From an uncultured Rhodospirillales bacterium (GTDB taxonomy: Bacteria; Pseudomonadota; Alphaproteobacteria; Acetobacterales; Acetobacteraceae), in the NCBI GenBank assembly GCA_903893975.1, contig CAITOL010000064.1, positions 2,001 through 66,000 of the forward strand: a stretch of 64,000 nt of DNA, given 5' to 3'. How positions within the stretch are numbered: position 1 is the first letter of the stretch; each line of letters opens with the position of its first letter. The notes below the pieces were generated by a model that saw only the letters and a list, made by a program, of their open reading frames with translations, had not been told where the DNA came from and searched no databases. Positions 35,147-46,387 of the stretch are shown piece by piece. The translations under genes were made by a program, and so were the position numbers.

Positions 35147-36834
35147 TGTTTTCCGCCCCCTTCCCGCCCGCGCAACAGCGCGTCCGGATGCGCCCCGAGA
35201 TAATCCGCCAGCAACCGCATCGACCGGGCGGCGTCGCTGATCTGCCCCAGCAGGCGGGTCACATCGCGCTGAAACGGTGAGGCGCCGCCATAGCCGCTAT
35301 CCACCGAGACGATCAGCGCGTTGGTGCGGTCGATCGCGGTTTGCAGCCCCTGCGCCAGGTCCGGCAATTTCTTCGCCGTCGGGCTGATGCCGGCTTGCAG
35401 GCTGCGGGCGACATCGCGGGTGGCGGCCAGGGTTTCGTTCAGCCCCTTGAGCGTGTCGTGCAACTCCGCGCCATTGGCGATGGCACTGACGCCGTTCAGG
35501 GTTTCCGCCAGCCGCGCGCCGATCTGTTCCAGCGGCAGGCTGTTGAGCTTGGCAACGAAATCACCGGCCGAGGTCATAATACCGTCCAGCCCGCTGGTCT
35601 GTCCGGGCAGCACGATGGCATCGCCCTCCTGCGCCACCTCGGCCAGGGCGGCGTGCGGCACGAAGGCCATGCTGAGCGCCTGCTGGCCGGTGAGGAAGTT
35701 CGCCGTGGTCAGTTCCATGCGCAGCCCGCGCGCCACCAGCCGCCGGGCCACCGCGAGGCTGTCGGTTTCATTCAGGCGGGAGGCGCCGATCTGCGACATG
35801 CGTTCGGGCTGCACCTCAAAGCGCACCGTCACGCGCGACGAGGCGCCGGACGGGTCGAAATCCAGCTTGATATCGGTGACGTTGCCGATCTGAATGCCGT
35901 AGAGCTCCACCGGCGCGCCGATAGCGAGGCCGCGCACGCTGCCCTCGAACCGGGTGAGCAGTTTGATCCGCTCCCGATAGCCCGCCGCCGCGGCGGCGGC
36001 TTCGTCCGCGTAGAGCGGGAACACCGCACCTTCAGCCGGGGGGGAGCCGTCATGCTCCTCCGGCGGGGTATCGAAGGCGACGCCGCCATTGAGCAGCGCC
36101 AGCACGCTGTTCACCTTCAGCCGCACCCCTTGCGCGCCTAGATCGACCGCCAGGCCGGAGACATTCCAGAACCGTGAGCCGCGCCGCACCAGCGCATCAT
36201 ACGGCGCCCGCACGAAGGCCTGGATGGTCACGCCCTGGTCGGCATGGTCGAGGGTGTAGGACAGCACCTCGCCGGCCGGAATATCGCGGAAGAACAAAGG
36301 CGAGCCGCTGGAGAGCGAGCCGATGCGGTCGGTATGCAAAGTCACGGTGTGGCCGGGCTCGTCCGACCGGATCGCCGGCGGGTCTTCCAGCCCGGTGAAG
36401 TTCAGCCGGCTGGCGGCGCCGTGCTCGCTGCCCGGATCGAGTTCGATATAGGCGCCGGAGACCAGGGTATCGAGGCCGGAAATGGTGCCGGCGGTCACGC
36501 GCGGGCGCACCACCCATAATTTGGCTTTTTCGGTCAGCAGTGGCTCCGCCTCCCGCCGCATGCGGATGCGGACGACGACGTGGCTGAGGTCGTCGGAGAG
36601 GGTGATTTTATCCACCACGCCGAGTTCCACCGCCTTGTGCTTCACCTTGGTCTGGCCGGCTTGCAGCCCGTCGGCGCTGCGCCAGGCCACCGTGATCGCC
36701 GGGCCACGCTCGCTCAACGCCTGCCAGCCGAGATAGGCGGCGAGCAGGATGGCAATGGCGGGGATGAGCCAGATCAGCCGGGGGATGCGCGGCAGGTGGA
36801 TTTCGGCGTGCGGATGGTCGGGCGTGTCGGTCAT
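35143..36834 (-). CDS. pqiB: PqiB, multi-MCE-domain intermembrane transport protein
   Basis: Track ORF trimmed to ATG 36834, which overlaps the pqiA stop. It has an N-terminal TM helix (RLIWLIPAIAILLAAYLGW). MCE-like segments repeat: GLQAGQTKVKHKAVELGVV, GSPLFFRDIPAGEV, IGAPVELYGIQIGNV. Confidence 0.85.
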   Translation of the reverse strand: MTDTPDHPHAEIHLPRIPRLIWLIPAIAILLAAYLGWQALSERGPAITVAWRSADGLQAGQTKVKHKAVELGVVDKITLSDDLSHVVVRIRMRREAEPLLTEKAKLWVVRPRVTAGTISGLDTLVSGAYIELDPGSEHGAASRLNFTGLEDPPAIRSDEPGHTVTLHTDRIGSLSSGSPLFFRDIPAGEVLSYTLDHADQGVTIQAFVRAPYDALVRRGSRFWNVSGLAVDLGAQGVRLKVNSVLALLNGGVAFDTPPEEHDGSPPAEGAVFPLYADEAAAAAAGYRERIKLLTRFEGSVRGLAIGAPVELYGIQIGNVTDIKLDFDPSGASSRVTVRFEVQPERMSQIGASRLNETDSLAVARRLVARGLRMELTTANFLTGQQALSMAFVPHAALAEVAQEGDAIVLPGQTSGLDGIMTSAGDFVAKLNSLPLEQIGARLAETLNGVSAIANGAELHDTLKGLNETLAATRDVARSLQAGISPTAKKLPDLAQGLQTAIDRTNALIVSVDSGYGGASPFQRDVTRLLGQISDAARSMRLLADYLGAHPDALLRGREGGGKQ

Positions 36835-38066
36835 GGTTTGGTTCCGGCGTCCCACATCAGGCGCGTGTCGAAGCACATCGCAGATAGCATGGTCAGGATG
36901 ACCACGGCGCAAAAACAGATGGCGCCGGGGCCGGGGGTGATGGTGGCCAGCGCATCAAGCCGCACCAGGGCGGTGAGGATGGAGATCATGAACACGTCGA
37001 TCATCGACCAGCGGCCCACGGCTTCCACGATCCGGTAGAGCACGGTGCGTTCCCGCAGCCGGCCGCTGGCGCCGCGCTGCGCGCCGACCAGCAGCACGGT
37101 CATGCCCACCAGTTTCAGCACCGGCACGGTGATGGAGGCGAAAAACACCAGAGCCGCCAGCGGCCACATGCCGCCCGCCGCGAGCGCGATGACGCCGCTG
37201 ATGATGGTGTCACTCTCGCCCTGGCCGAACGACACCAGGTTCATCACCGGCAGCAGATTGGCCGGCAGATACAGCACCGCGGCGGCAATCAGCAGCGCCC
37301 AGCTTTGGCCGAGGCTGCCGGGCCGTCGGTGATGCAACATTGTGCCGCAGCGCGTGCAGCGCAGCCGGCCGCTGGGCGGCAGGCGGCTGACCTGATGGCA
37401 GCAGTCGCAGCCCACCAGCACGCCCGGCCCTGGGCTGGGGGCTTGCGCCGGGGCGAGCCGGTCCCACACCGCGGCATCGTCCAGAAACGTGTCGGTCGCC
37501 GCCATCGCCAGCATCAGCCCGCCGAGCGCATAAAGTGCCGCGCCAACTTCCACCTGCGCCATATCGACCAGCTTGGTATAGGCGACGAAGGCGCCGAGCA
37601 GGAATACCTCCACCATCGACCAGGGGGACAGAAGCTCCACCCAGCGAAAAACGCGGCGCAGATGCGGCGGCGGCTGGCGCAGGCGCATCATGATCAGCAC
37701 GTAAATCGTCGCCAGCAGCTTGACCAACGGGGCGCCGATGGTGGTGGCCAGCACGACGATGGCCAATGGCCAGGCGCCGGTGGCGTTTAATTCGGTGGGT
37801 CCGGTGGCCAGCCCGGCGAGGCTGTCGCGCCCGCCGAGGCGCAGTTGCATGAACGGCTCCCGCGTGGCCACCAGAAACAGCACCAGCCCGGTCAGCGCCA
37901 TGGCCAACGCGCGGCCATGCGGGTCCACCCGCCGGCGGCGCAGCACGGCCTGGCAGCGCGGGCAGCGGGCAACGGCATGGCGCGGCAAGGCCGGCAGGCG
38001 TTGCAGCAGGCCGCAAGCCTCACATTCACGCAGCCGGCCGGCATAGGAAGGTGGGGGCGCATCCAT
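36831..38066 (-). CDS. pqiA: PqiA, paraquat-inducible protein A family membrane protein (two PqiA repeats)
   Basis: Track ORF trimmed to ATG 38066. Each repeat is preceded by paired CxxC motifs: CEACGLL...CPRCQAV and CDCCHQV...CTRCGTM. Confidence 0.85.
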   Translation of the reverse strand: MDAPPPSYAGRLRECEACGLLQRLPALPRHAVARCPRCQAVLRRRRVDPHGRALAMALTGLVLFLVATREPFMQLRLGGRDSLAGLATGPTELNATGAWPLAIVVLATTIGAPLVKLLATIYVLIMMRLRQPPPHLRRVFRWVELLSPWSMVEVFLLGAFVAYTKLVDMAQVEVGAALYALGGLMLAMAATDTFLDDAAVWDRLAPAQAPSPGPGVLVGCDCCHQVSRLPPSGRLRCTRCGTMLHHRRPGSLGQSWALLIAAAVLYLPANLLPVMNLVSFGQGESDTIISGVIALAAGGMWPLAALVFFASITVPVLKLVGMTVLLVGAQRGASGRLRERTVLYRIVEAVGRWSMIDVFMISILTALVRLDALATITPGPGAICFCAVVILTMLSAMCFDTRLMWDAGTKP

Positions 38067-38153
38067 GCGCCAAGATGTGCCAGCAATACCATGAAAGGAC
38101 AATCTGGTTCCCATGGCCAAGGCATGGTAATCGGGGCGCACTGCGAGGGGAAA

Positions 38154-39752
38154 ATGGCCATGAAACAACTAGGCTTGGGTGGTTTGTCGCTGGCGTTGGC
38201 GCTGGTGGGCTCCGTGGCGGGGGCGCAAACCCCGAAATCGGGCGGCACGCTGAAGATTTATCAGCGCGACAGCCCGGCCAGCGCCTCAATCCATGAGGAA
38301 GCGACGTTCTCCAACAACGTGCCGTTCATGGGCATTTTCAACAATCTGGTGATCTTCGATCAGCACATCGCCCAGAACAGCCCGGACACGATCCGGCCGG
38401 AACTGGCGGATAGCTGGGCCTGGGGCGATGGCGGCAAAACCCTGACCTTCAAGCTGCATCCCGGCGTGAAATGGCATGACGGCAAGCCGTTCACCGCCAA
38501 TGACGTGAAATGCACCATCGATCTGCTGCAAGGCAAGCTGGCGGACAAGTTCCGCAAGAACCCGCGCAAATCCTGGTACGACAACGTGCAGGCGGTGGTG
38601 CCGAACGGCGATCTGGAAGTGGCCTTCAAGCTGGATCGGCCGCAGCCGTCGCTGCTGTCGATGCTCGCCTCCGGCTACTCGCCGATTTATCCGTGCCACG
38701 TCTCCACTGCGAAAATGCGCACCAGCCCGATCGGCACCGGGCCGTTCAAGTTTGTCGAATTCAAGCAGAACGAAGATATCAAGCTGGTGCGCAATCCGGA
38801 TTACTGGCGCCAGGGCAGGCCGTATCTGGATGCGATCGAATTCCCCATCATCACCAATCGCGCCACCGCCATGCTCGCCTTCATGTCCGGCAAGGTGGAC
38901 ATTACCATGCCGACCGAGGTCACCCAGGCGATCCGGCGGGATATTATGAAGCAGGCGCCGAAATCGGTTTGCATGACCGCGCCGACCAATGTCGGGCTGA
39001 ACCTGATCGTGAACCGCAACAAGCCGCCGTTTGATAACGCGGATCTGCGCCGGGCGATGGCGCTGACCATCGACCGCAAGGCGTTCATCGACATTCTGTT
39101 TGAAGGTGAAGCCGATATGGGCGGCGCGCTGCTGCCGCAGCCGGAGGGCATCTGGGGCATGCCGAAGGATATGCTGGCCACCCTGCCCGGCTATAGCCCC
39201 GATGTGGCCGCGAGCCGCACCGCGGCCAAGGCGCTGATGGCGAAAACCGGCTACGGGCCGGACAAGCATCTGGCGATCAAGGTTTCCACCCGCAATCTGG
39301 CGACCTATCGCGACCCGGCGGTGATTTTGCTGGATCAGCTGAAGGAAATTTATATCGATGCCGAGTTGGACGTGGTGGAAACCTCCGTCTGGTTCGGCAA
39401 GATCGACCGCAAGGACTACACAGTCGGCATGAACCTGACCGGCAATGCGGTGGATGATCCAGACCAGTCGTTCTATGAAAACTATGCCTGTGGCTCGGAA
39501 CGCAACGTCACCGGCTATTGCAGCCCGGAATTGCAAAAGCAGTTCGATGCGCAGAGCCAGGAAACCGACATGGCCAAGCGCAAGCAGATGGTCTGGTCGA
39601 TCGACGCGCAGTTGCAGAACGACGTGGCAAGGCCGACCATTGTCTATGGCCGCGCCGCAACCTGCTGGGCGCCGGATGTGCATGGCTACACCGCGATGAC
39701 CAACACGTCCTATAACGGCTACCGCTTCGAAGACATGTGGCTGGATCGGTGA
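38154..39752 (+). CDS. ABC transporter substrate-binding protein, family 5 (peptide/nickel type)
   Basis: Track ORF 37845..39752 trimmed to ATG 38154, which follows GAGGGG. Signal peptide: MAMKQLGLGGLSLALALVGSVAGAQT. TLTFKLHPGVKWHDGKPFTANDV is typical of the family. Confidence 0.85.
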   Translation: MAMKQLGLGGLSLALALVGSVAGAQTPKSGGTLKIYQRDSPASASIHEEATFSNNVPFMGIFNNLVIFDQHIAQNSPDTIRPELADSWAWGDGGKTLTFKLHPGVKWHDGKPFTANDVKCTIDLLQGKLADKFRKNPRKSWYDNVQAVVPNGDLEVAFKLDRPQPSLLSMLASGYSPIYPCHVSTAKMRTSPIGTGPFKFVEFKQNEDIKLVRNPDYWRQGRPYLDAIEFPIITNRATAMLAFMSGKVDITMPTEVTQAIRRDIMKQAPKSVCMTAPTNVGLNLIVNRNKPPFDNADLRRAMALTIDRKAFIDILFEGEADMGGALLPQPEGIWGMPKDMLATLPGYSPDVAASRTAAKALMAKTGYGPDKHLAIKVSTRNLATYRDPAVILLDQLKEIYIDAELDVVETSVWFGKIDRKDYTVGMNLTGNAVDDPDQSFYENYACGSERNVTGYCSPELQKQFDAQSQETDMAKRKQMVWSIDAQLQNDVARPTIVYGRAATCWAPDVHGYTAMTNTSYNGYRFEDMWLDR

Positions 39753-39771
39753 TCGAACCCATGGTTGCAGC

Positions 39772-40719
39772 ATGAGCGGCTATCTGCTCCGACGGGTCGG
39801 CTTGATGCTGCTGACCCTGTTCGGCATCTCCATCATCATCTTCGTGCTGTTGCGGCTGGTGCCCGGCAACATGGTCGATATCCTGTTCGACAGCGCGGGC
39901 ATGGTGGACCCGGCGGAGAAGACGCGGATTGCCGCTGAGCTGGGCTTGGATAAATCCATTCCGGAACAGTATCTGGTTTGGATGAACGGGCTTGTGCATG
40001 GCGATCTCGGCTATTCCTACGTTTCGGAAAAGCCGACGATCGAGGAGATTTTGCCGCGCATTCCCGTGACCGGGCGGCTCGCGCTGAGCGCCATCGGCTT
40101 CGCCGTGCTGCTGGGCGTGCCGTTCGGGGTGATCAGCGCGGTGCGGCAGAATAGCGGGGTGGATTACGGGCTGCGGGTGCTCTCGCTCGCCGGCCTGTCC
40201 ATCCCGTCCTTCTGGCTCGGCCTGATGGTGCTGATGGCGTTTTCCGCCCTGACCGGCCGGCTGCCGGTTTATACCGAGGCGCCTGCGACGGTGCTGGATG
40301 CGGTGCTGCTGGTGGCGGTGCCGGCGATGACGGTGGGGTTTCGCTCATCGGCGCTGATTATGCGGCTGACCCGGTCGGCCATGCTGGAAGTGTTGCGCCA
40401 GGATTATGTGCGCACCGCACGGGCCAAGGGTGCCGGGGCCGGGCGGGTGAACTTCCATCACGCGCTGCGCAACGCGCTGCTACCGGTGATTACCGTTATC
40501 GGGCTGGAGACGGCGTTTCTGATCGGTGGGCTGATTGTGACGGAAACCGTGTTCAACATTCCCGGCCTGGCGCGCTTCCTGGTGGAATCGATCCGCAATC
40601 GCGACTATCCGATTGTGCAGAATCTGGTGATGCTGACGGCGTTTATTGTGGTGAGCATCAATTTCGCGGTGGATCTGCTGTATGCCGCGCTCGATCCGCG
40701 CATCCGGCTGGGGGCATAG
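39772..40719 (+). CDS. ABC transporter permease (DppB/OppB type)
   Basis: MSGYLLRRVGLMLLTLFGISIIIFVLLRLVPG and YVRTARAKGAG are hallmark DppB-type motifs. Confidence 0.85.
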   Translation: MSGYLLRRVGLMLLTLFGISIIIFVLLRLVPGNMVDILFDSAGMVDPAEKTRIAAELGLDKSIPEQYLVWMNGLVHGDLGYSYVSEKPTIEEILPRIPVTGRLALSAIGFAVLLGVPFGVISAVRQNSGVDYGLRVLSLAGLSIPSFWLGLMVLMAFSALTGRLPVYTEAPATVLDAVLLVAVPAMTVGFRSSALIMRLTRSAMLEVLRQDYVRTARAKGAGAGRVNFHHALRNALLPVITVIGLETAFLIGGLIVTETVFNIPGLARFLVESIRNRDYPIVQNLVMLTAFIVVSINFAVDLLYAALDPRIRLGA

Positions 40720-40720
40720 C

Positions 40721-41611
40721 ATGGCCGAAACCTATGGCCGCGAACTGCGCCGCGCCGGCGCAGACGCCAACAGCCCGGTGCGCCGGCTGGTGCTGCTGCT
40801 GCGCCGTTACCCGCTGGGCGCGGCCGGGGCGTTCATTCTGACGGTGTTTGTGCTGGCGGCGATTTTTGCCGACGCGATCACCTGGCTCGACCCGCTGCGC
40901 ACCAATGCGCCGGAAAAGCTGATGGTGCCCGGCGGCAAGCATTGGTTCGGCTCCGACGTGATGGGGCGAGATATCTATAGCCGCATCGTGTTCGGCGCAC
41001 GGATTTCGCTGGCGGTCAGCCTGGGCGCCACCACTTTGGGCTCCGTGCTCGGGGTCGCGGTCGGGCTGGCGAGTGGCTATCTCGGCGGCACGTTCGATTT
41101 ATGCGTGCAGCGGGTGATGGATGTTTTGCAGGCGCTGCCGCTGCTGGTGCTGGCGCTGGTGACTTCGGCAGCACTAGGGCCGTCGCTGACCAACACGGTA
41201 ATCGCCATCGCCATCCCGATGATCCCCGCCTCTGCCCGGGTGATCCGGTCCAACACGCTGGCCTTGCGCGAAGCGGCGTTCATCGAGGCGGCACAGGTGC
41301 AGGGCATGAGCGAGTGGCGCATCGCCATCCGCCATATCCTGCCCAACACCGTTGCCCCGCTGATCGTGCTGGCAACGGCGCAGTTGGGGTCTGCGATTTT
41401 GACCGAGGCGTCCTTGTCCTTCCTCGGCTTGGGCATTCCCGAACCGGCGCCGAGCTGGGGGCGGATGCTGTCGGAATCGGCGGCCGAATACATGCGCACC
41501 GCGCCGTGGCTGGTGATTTTTCCGGGTGCGGCAATCAGCTTGATGGTCTTCGGCACCAATCTTTTGGGGGACGCGTTGCGCGATATTCTGGACCCGAGGC
41601 AACGCGGATGA
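40721..41611 (+). CDS. ABC transporter permease (DppC/OppC type)
   Basis: Trimmed to ATG 40721, 1 nt after the previous stop. [24 protein letters not shown] and [15 protein letters not shown] are present. Confidence 0.8.
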   Translation: MAETYGRELRRAGADANSPVRRLVLLLRRYPLGAAGAFILTVFVLAAIFADAITWLDPLRTNAPEKLMVPGGKHWFGSDVMGRDIYSRIVFGARISLAVSLGATTLGSVLGVAVGLASGYLGGTFDLCVQRVMDVLQALPLLVLALVTSAALGPSLTNTVIAIAIPMIPASARVIRSNTLALREAAFIEAAQVQGMSEWRIAIRHILPNTVAPLIVLATAQLGSAILTEASLSFLGLGIPEPAPSWGRMLSESAAEYMRTAPWLVIFPGAAISLMVFGTNLLGDALRDILDPRQRG

Positions 41612-42600
41612 TTGCTGACCCAATCCTGGAAGTTGCTGGCCTGCGCACGGTGTTTTTCACCGCCGCCGGGCTGGTGCGCGCGGTGGAAGATGTGTCCTTC
41701 ACCCTGCGCCGCGGCGAAGTGCTGGCGGTGGTGGGCGAAAGCGGCTGCGGCAAGTCGATCACCGCGCTGTCGCTGATGCGGCTGGTCCCCTCCCCGCCCG
41801 GCCGGATCGTGGCCGGCAGCGTCAAGCTGGAAGGCCGCGACCTGCTGGCGATCAGCGAGGCGGAGATGCGCGCGGTGCGCGGCAATCTGATGTCGATGAT
41901 TTTTCAGGAGCCGATGACCTCGCTCAACCCGGTGCTGACCGTGGGCGAGCAGATTGCCGAGACGGTGCGGCTGCACCGCGATGTCAGCAAAGCGGACGCC
42001 TGGGCGCGGGCGGTGGAAATGCTGCGCCGGGTGCGCATCCCCGAGCCGGCGCAGCGGGCGAAGGAATATCCGCACCAGCTCTCCGGCGGCATGCGCCAGC
42101 GCGCGATGATCGCCATCGCCTTGGCCTGCGATCCGAAAGTGCTGATCGCCGACGAACCGACAACGGCGCTGGACGTGACGATTCAGGCGCAGATTCTCGA
42201 TCTGATGTTGCAATTACAGCAGGAGAGCGGCACCTCAGTGCTGTTGATCACGCATGATCTCGGCGTGGTGGCGGAAACCGCGCAGCGTGTGGTGGTGATG
42301 TATGCCGGGCGCAAGATCGAGGAAGCCAGCGTTGAGGATCTTTTCGCGCGGCCAATGCATCCGTACACGCACGGGCTGATGCGCTCCATCCCGCATCTGG
42401 CGGCGATGAGCGGGGCGGTGGCGGAACGGTTGCAGGAAATTCCCGGCATGGTGCCGGCTTTGTCCAACCTGCCCGGCGGCTGTGCCTTTGCCGCCCGCTG
42501 CGGCCATGCCGATGCGGCCTGCGCGGCGGGCGTGCCGCCGCTGGAGGAACGCCGACCAGACCATTACGTCGCCTGCTGGCATGCGGGGACCTTGGTATGA
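41608..42600 (+). CDS. ABC transporter ATP-binding protein (DppD/OppD type)
   Basis: Trimmed to ATG 41608 (ATGA overlap). Walker A GESGCGKS, signature LSGGMRQR, Walker [12 protein letters not shown], and a C-terminal oligopeptide-type extension with cysteines. Confidence 0.85.
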   Translation: MIADPILEVAGLRTVFFTAAGLVRAVEDVSFTLRRGEVLAVVGESGCGKSITALSLMRLVPSPPGRIVAGSVKLEGRDLLAISEAEMRAVRGNLMSMIFQEPMTSLNPVLTVGEQIAETVRLHRDVSKADAWARAVEMLRRVRIPEPAQRAKEYPHQLSGGMRQRAMIAIALACDPKVLIADEPTTALDVTIQAQILDLMLQLQQESGTSVLLITHDLGVVAETAQRVVVMYAGRKIEEASVEDLFARPMHPYTHGLMRSIPHLAAMSGAVAERLQEIPGMVPALSNLPGGCAFAARCGHADAACAAGVPPLEERRPDHYVACWHAGTLV

Positions 42601-43559
42601 CCCCGGTGTTGCAGGTTGAGGACCTGAAGAAACATTATCCGGTGAAATCCGGGTTTTTGCGCCGCACCACCGGCACGGTATTTGCCGTCGATGGCGTCAG
42701 CTTTTCTATCGCGCCGGGCGAGACGCTGGGGCTGGTGGGGGAAAGCGGCTGCGGCAAATCCACCGTCGCGCGCACGGTGATGCGGCTGGTGGAGCCGACC
42801 TCGGGCCGGATTGTGGTGGAAGGCACCGATATCGCCGGGCTGTCGAAAGCGGCGCTGCGGCCGTTCCGGCGCGAAATGCAGATGGTGTTCCAGGACCCGT
42901 TTTCGTCACTGAACCCGCGTATGTCCGCAGGCGATATCGTGCGCGAGCCATTGCTGGTACACAATGTCGCCAGCGGCCGCGAAGCCGATGAGCGGGTGGC
43001 GGCGCTGTTCGCCCAGGTCGGGTTGCGGCCGGGCCAGATGGGCAATTTCCCGCACCAGTTCAGCGGCGGGCAGCGGCAGCGCATCAGCATCGCCCGTGCT
43101 TTGGCGCTGAACCCGCGCTTGATCGTGGCCGATGAGCCGGTTTCGGCGCTTGATGTGTCGATCCAGGCGCAGGTGATCAATCTGCTGATGGATTTGCAGC
43201 GCGATCAGGGGCTGGCGTACCTGTTCATCGCGCATGATCTTGCGGTGGTGGAACATATTTCCCACAAAGTCGCGGTGATGTATCTCGGCCGGATTGTCGA
43301 ATACGCCGACAAAACCAGCCTCTATCGCCGCCCGCAGCACCCGTATACCGAGGCGCTGCTGTCGGCGGTGCCGGTGCCGGACCCGAAATTGAAGCGGCGC
43401 AAGCGGCTGTTGGAGGGCGATGTGCCGAGCCCGATGCGGCCGCCGCCGGGCTGCGCGTTTCACACCCGCTGCCCGTATGCCGAGGCGCGCTGCAAGGTGG
43501 AGGCGCCGGTGTTACGCGAACTGGCGCCGGGCCATGTCGCCGCCTGCCATTTGCGCTGA
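42597..43559 (+). CDS. ABC transporter ATP-binding protein (DppF/OppF type)
   Basis: [39 protein letters not shown] overlap with the upstream gene. Confidence 0.85.
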   Translation: MTPVLQVEDLKKHYPVKSGFLRRTTGTVFAVDGVSFSIAPGETLGLVGESGCGKSTVARTVMRLVEPTSGRIVVEGTDIAGLSKAALRPFRREMQMVFQDPFSSLNPRMSAGDIVREPLLVHNVASGREADERVAALFAQVGLRPGQMGNFPHQFSGGQRQRISIARALALNPRLIVADEPVSALDVSIQAQVINLLMDLQRDQGLAYLFIAHDLAVVEHISHKVAVMYLGRIVEYADKTSLYRRPQHPYTEALLSAVPVPDPKLKRRKRLLEGDVPSPMRPPPGCAFHTRCPYAEARCKVEAPVLRELAPGHVAACHLR

Positions 43560-43562
43560 GGT

Positions 43563-44768
43563 TCAGCGTTTGCGGCGATAGGTTTCCGGCGCGAACACGG
43601 CGAAAATCACCCCGACCGAGGCCATGACGGCGGAGACGGCGACCAGCGAGGTGACGGCGCCGAACCAGTCCGCCAGCATGCCCAGCAGCACCGGGCCGAG
43701 GATGTAGCCGAGGTCGCCGACCATGCGGTAGGTGCTGAGCGTGGTGGCGTTCATGCCCGGCGGTGCGGAATCGGCCGCATAGGCCGTGGGGGCGGAGCCG
43801 CCGATGGAACTGGCCGCGCCCCAGATCAGGCAGGCGGCGAGGAACCAGGCGTAGCTATCGGCGACGCAGAACATCAGCATCGCCGCGCAGAAGATCAGGT
43901 TGGACGGCACGATCACCGCTTTGCGACCGAAATAATCCACCAGCATGCCCGATGGATAGGCGCCAAGCAGGCCGGCGAGCAGGCCGGCGGCGAGTGAGGT
44001 GCCGATGGTCTGCACCGAGAGATGCAGCCGTTCGGTGCCGATCAGCGGCACCAGCGCGAACAGGCCGCCGGTGCGCGACGCCGTGCTCATCAGGTTGATC
44101 AGGCAGACCAGCACGAAGCCGCGCTGGCGGGCGAGCGCGTAGACCTGCCACCAGTACGATGCTTTCGGCGCCTTGGACTGCGCCGCGGCGGCGCGCGCCA
44201 TGTCGCGGGTTTCGGGAATGGCGAACCAGGCCAGCACGGCGGCGAGCAGGCCGGTGATGGCGCCGGCATAAAACGGCGCGGCGAGGCCAAAATGCTCCGA
44301 CAGCACCCCGCCGGGCAGCGGGCCGATGCCGAGGCCGAAGATGAAGGCGGACATGTAGATCGACAGCATGCGGCCGCGACGCTCTGGTGCGCTGATATCG
44401 GCGACCACGATCTGCCCGGTGGTGACGATTAACCCCGCCCCGGCGCCGGTGAGAAAGCGGGCGGCGAGGAATTCGGGGTAATGCACCGCGAATACGCACC
44501 AGAGATTGCCGGCCAGGGTGACCGCACCGCCAATGGTCAGCGCCATGCGGCGGCCGTAGCGATCGGCGACCCCGCCGGCCGGGGCGGCGGCGAAAAAGCG
44601 GGCAAGGCCGTAAATGCCGACCGCCATGCCGATGGCGGAGGCGGAGACGCCGAAGGATTGCGCGTAAACCGGCAAGGCCGGCACGATGGCGCCGAAGCCC
44701 ATCTGGTTGATGCCGACCAGCAGGCAGATCCAGACCAGCACCCGGGTTTCGCGGCGGGCGTCCGTCAT
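43563..44768 (-). CDS. MFS transporter
   Basis: It has about 12 hydrophobic segments and the MFS loop motif GGVADRYGRR. The ATG overlaps the stop of the upstream ABC ATPase (ATGA). Confidence 0.8.
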   Translation of the reverse strand: MTDARRETRVLVWICLLVGINQMGFGAIVPALPVYAQSFGVSASAIGMAVGIYGLARFFAAAPAGGVADRYGRRMALTIGGAVTLAGNLWCVFAVHYPEFLAARFLTGAGAGLIVTTGQIVVADISAPERRGRMLSIYMSAFIFGLGIGPLPGGVLSEHFGLAAPFYAGAITGLLAAVLAWFAIPETRDMARAAAAQSKAPKASYWWQVYALARQRGFVLVCLINLMSTASRTGGLFALVPLIGTERLHLSVQTIGTSLAAGLLAGLLGAYPSGMLVDYFGRKAVIVPSNLIFCAAMLMFCVADSYAWFLAACLIWGAASSIGGSAPTAYAADSAPPGMNATTLSTYRMVGDLGYILGPVLLGMLADWFGAVTSLVAVSAVMASVGVIFAVFAPETYRRKR

Positions 44769-46387
44769 CCCGCGCGGCCTGCCAGCACACCATCCAGCCA
44801 GTCCGACCGCATTTCCGGCACGCTGGACAGCAGCAACTGGGTGTAGGGATGGTAGGGCGGCGCGAACACGGCTTCCGTCTCGCCGCCATCGACCATCTCG
44901 CCCTTCAGCATGACGGCGACCTTGTTGGCGATGCGTTTGACCGTGCCGAGATCGTGGGTGATGAACAAATAGGCAATGCCGAGTTCTTCCTGCAGGCGCT
45001 TGAGCAGTTTGAGAATTTCCTCGCCGACCAGCTGGTCGAGCGCGGAGGTGACTTCGTCGCAGATGATCAGGTCTGGCTCCGCCGCCAGCGCGCGGGCGAT
45101 GCCGACGCGCTGCTTCTGCCCGCCGGACAGCGCGCCGGGTTTGCGGTCGATATAGTCGGCCGGCAGGTCCATCATCGCCAGCAATTCCAGCACCCGCGCG
45201 CGCACCTCCGCCCGGCTGCGGCGGAAGTAGAACTGCACCGGGCGGCCGATGATTTGCAGCAAGGTTTGGTTCGGGTTCAGCGCCACATCGGGGCTTTGGT
45301 AGATCATCTGCACCCGGCGCAACTGCTCGCGGGTGCGGTCTTTCAGCCGGGAGGCGAGCATTTCGTCGCGGAAGCGGATATCGCCAGCCTCCCGCGGCAA
45401 CAGGCCCATGATGACGCGGGCGAGCGAGGATTTGCCGCTGCCGCTTTCGCCCACCACCGCCAGCGTGTCGCCACGCTGGATGCGCAGCGAGACGTCGTTG
45501 ACCACGCGCAGCAGGCTGGCATAGCTGGCGACGACGTGGCGCAGTTCCAACAGCGCGCCGCTGTCCTGGGCGTGATGGCCATGCGCCTCAAACCGTTCGG
45601 CGACCAGGCGGCGGGTGTAGTCCTGCTGCGGGTGATGCAGGATGGCGTCCGCCGTGCCGTGTTCGACCATGCGGCCCTGGCGCAGCACCATAATCTCATC
45701 CGCGATCTGCGCCACCACGGCGAGGTCGTGGGTGATGTAAATCGCCGAGGTGCCGTGTTCGCGGATCAGTTTCCGAAAACTGGCCAGCACCTCCACCTGG
45801 GTGGTGACGTCAAGCGCGGTGGTGGGTTCGTCGAAAATCAGGATATCCGGGCGGGCGGCCATCGCCATCGCCGCCATGGCGCGCTGCAACTGCCCGCCGC
45901 TGACCTGGTGCGGGTAGCGGTCGCCGAACTGCTCCGGGTTGGGCAGGTCAAGTTCGCGGAACAGGCCGATGGCGCGGCTGCGCGCGGCGGCGGGGGAGAG
46001 CAGGCCCTGCTGGATCGGGATTTCGCAGACCTGTTGCAGGATGGTGTGGGCGGGGTTGAAGCTGGCGGCGGCGGATTGGGCGATATAGGCGACGCCGGGC
46101 CCGCGCAACGCCCGGCGTTCGGCGGCGGACATGGTGCGGATGTCGCGGCCATGAAAGCGCAGGCTGCCGCCGGTGATGAAGCAGTTGGCGCGGGTATAGC
46201 CCAACACAGCGAGGCCGATGGTGGATTTGCCGGCGCCGCTCTCACCGATCAGGCCCAGCACCTCGCCCCGGCGCAGGGTGAAGCTGACATCATCCACCAG
46301 CACCGGGCCGGGGCCGGCATCGGTGCGCACTTCTATGCGGAGTTGGCTGACATCGAGGACGAGGTCGCCCTTGGTGCGTTCGGTCAT
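44765..46387 (-). CDS. ABC transporter ATP-binding protein with two fused ATPase cassettes (GsiA-like)
   Basis: Track ORF 44765..47122 trimmed to ATG 46387. Cassette 1: [28 protein letters not shown]. Cassette 2: GESGSGKSS, LSGGQKQR, IICDEVTSALD. Confidence 0.85.
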   Translation of the reverse strand: MTERTKGDLVLDVSQLRIEVRTDAGPGPVLVDDVSFTLRRGEVLGLIGESGAGKSTIGLAVLGYTRANCFITGGSLRFHGRDIRTMSAAERRALRGPGVAYIAQSAAASFNPAHTILQQVCEIPIQQGLLSPAAARSRAIGLFRELDLPNPEQFGDRYPHQVSGGQLQRAMAAMAMAARPDILIFDEPTTALDVTTQVEVLASFRKLIREHGTSAIYITHDLAVVAQIADEIMVLRQGRMVEHGTADAILHHPQQDYTRRLVAERFEAHGHHAQDSGALLELRHVVASYASLLRVVNDVSLRIQRGDTLAVVGESGSGKSSLARVIMGLLPREAGDIRFRDEMLASRLKDRTREQLRRVQMIYQSPDVALNPNQTLLQIIGRPVQFYFRRSRAEVRARVLELLAMMDLPADYIDRKPGALSGGQKQRVGIARALAAEPDLIICDEVTSALDQLVGEEILKLLKRLQEELGIAYLFITHDLGTVKRIANKVAVMLKGEMVDGGETEAVFAPPYHPYTQLLLSSVPEMRSDWLDGVLAGRAG

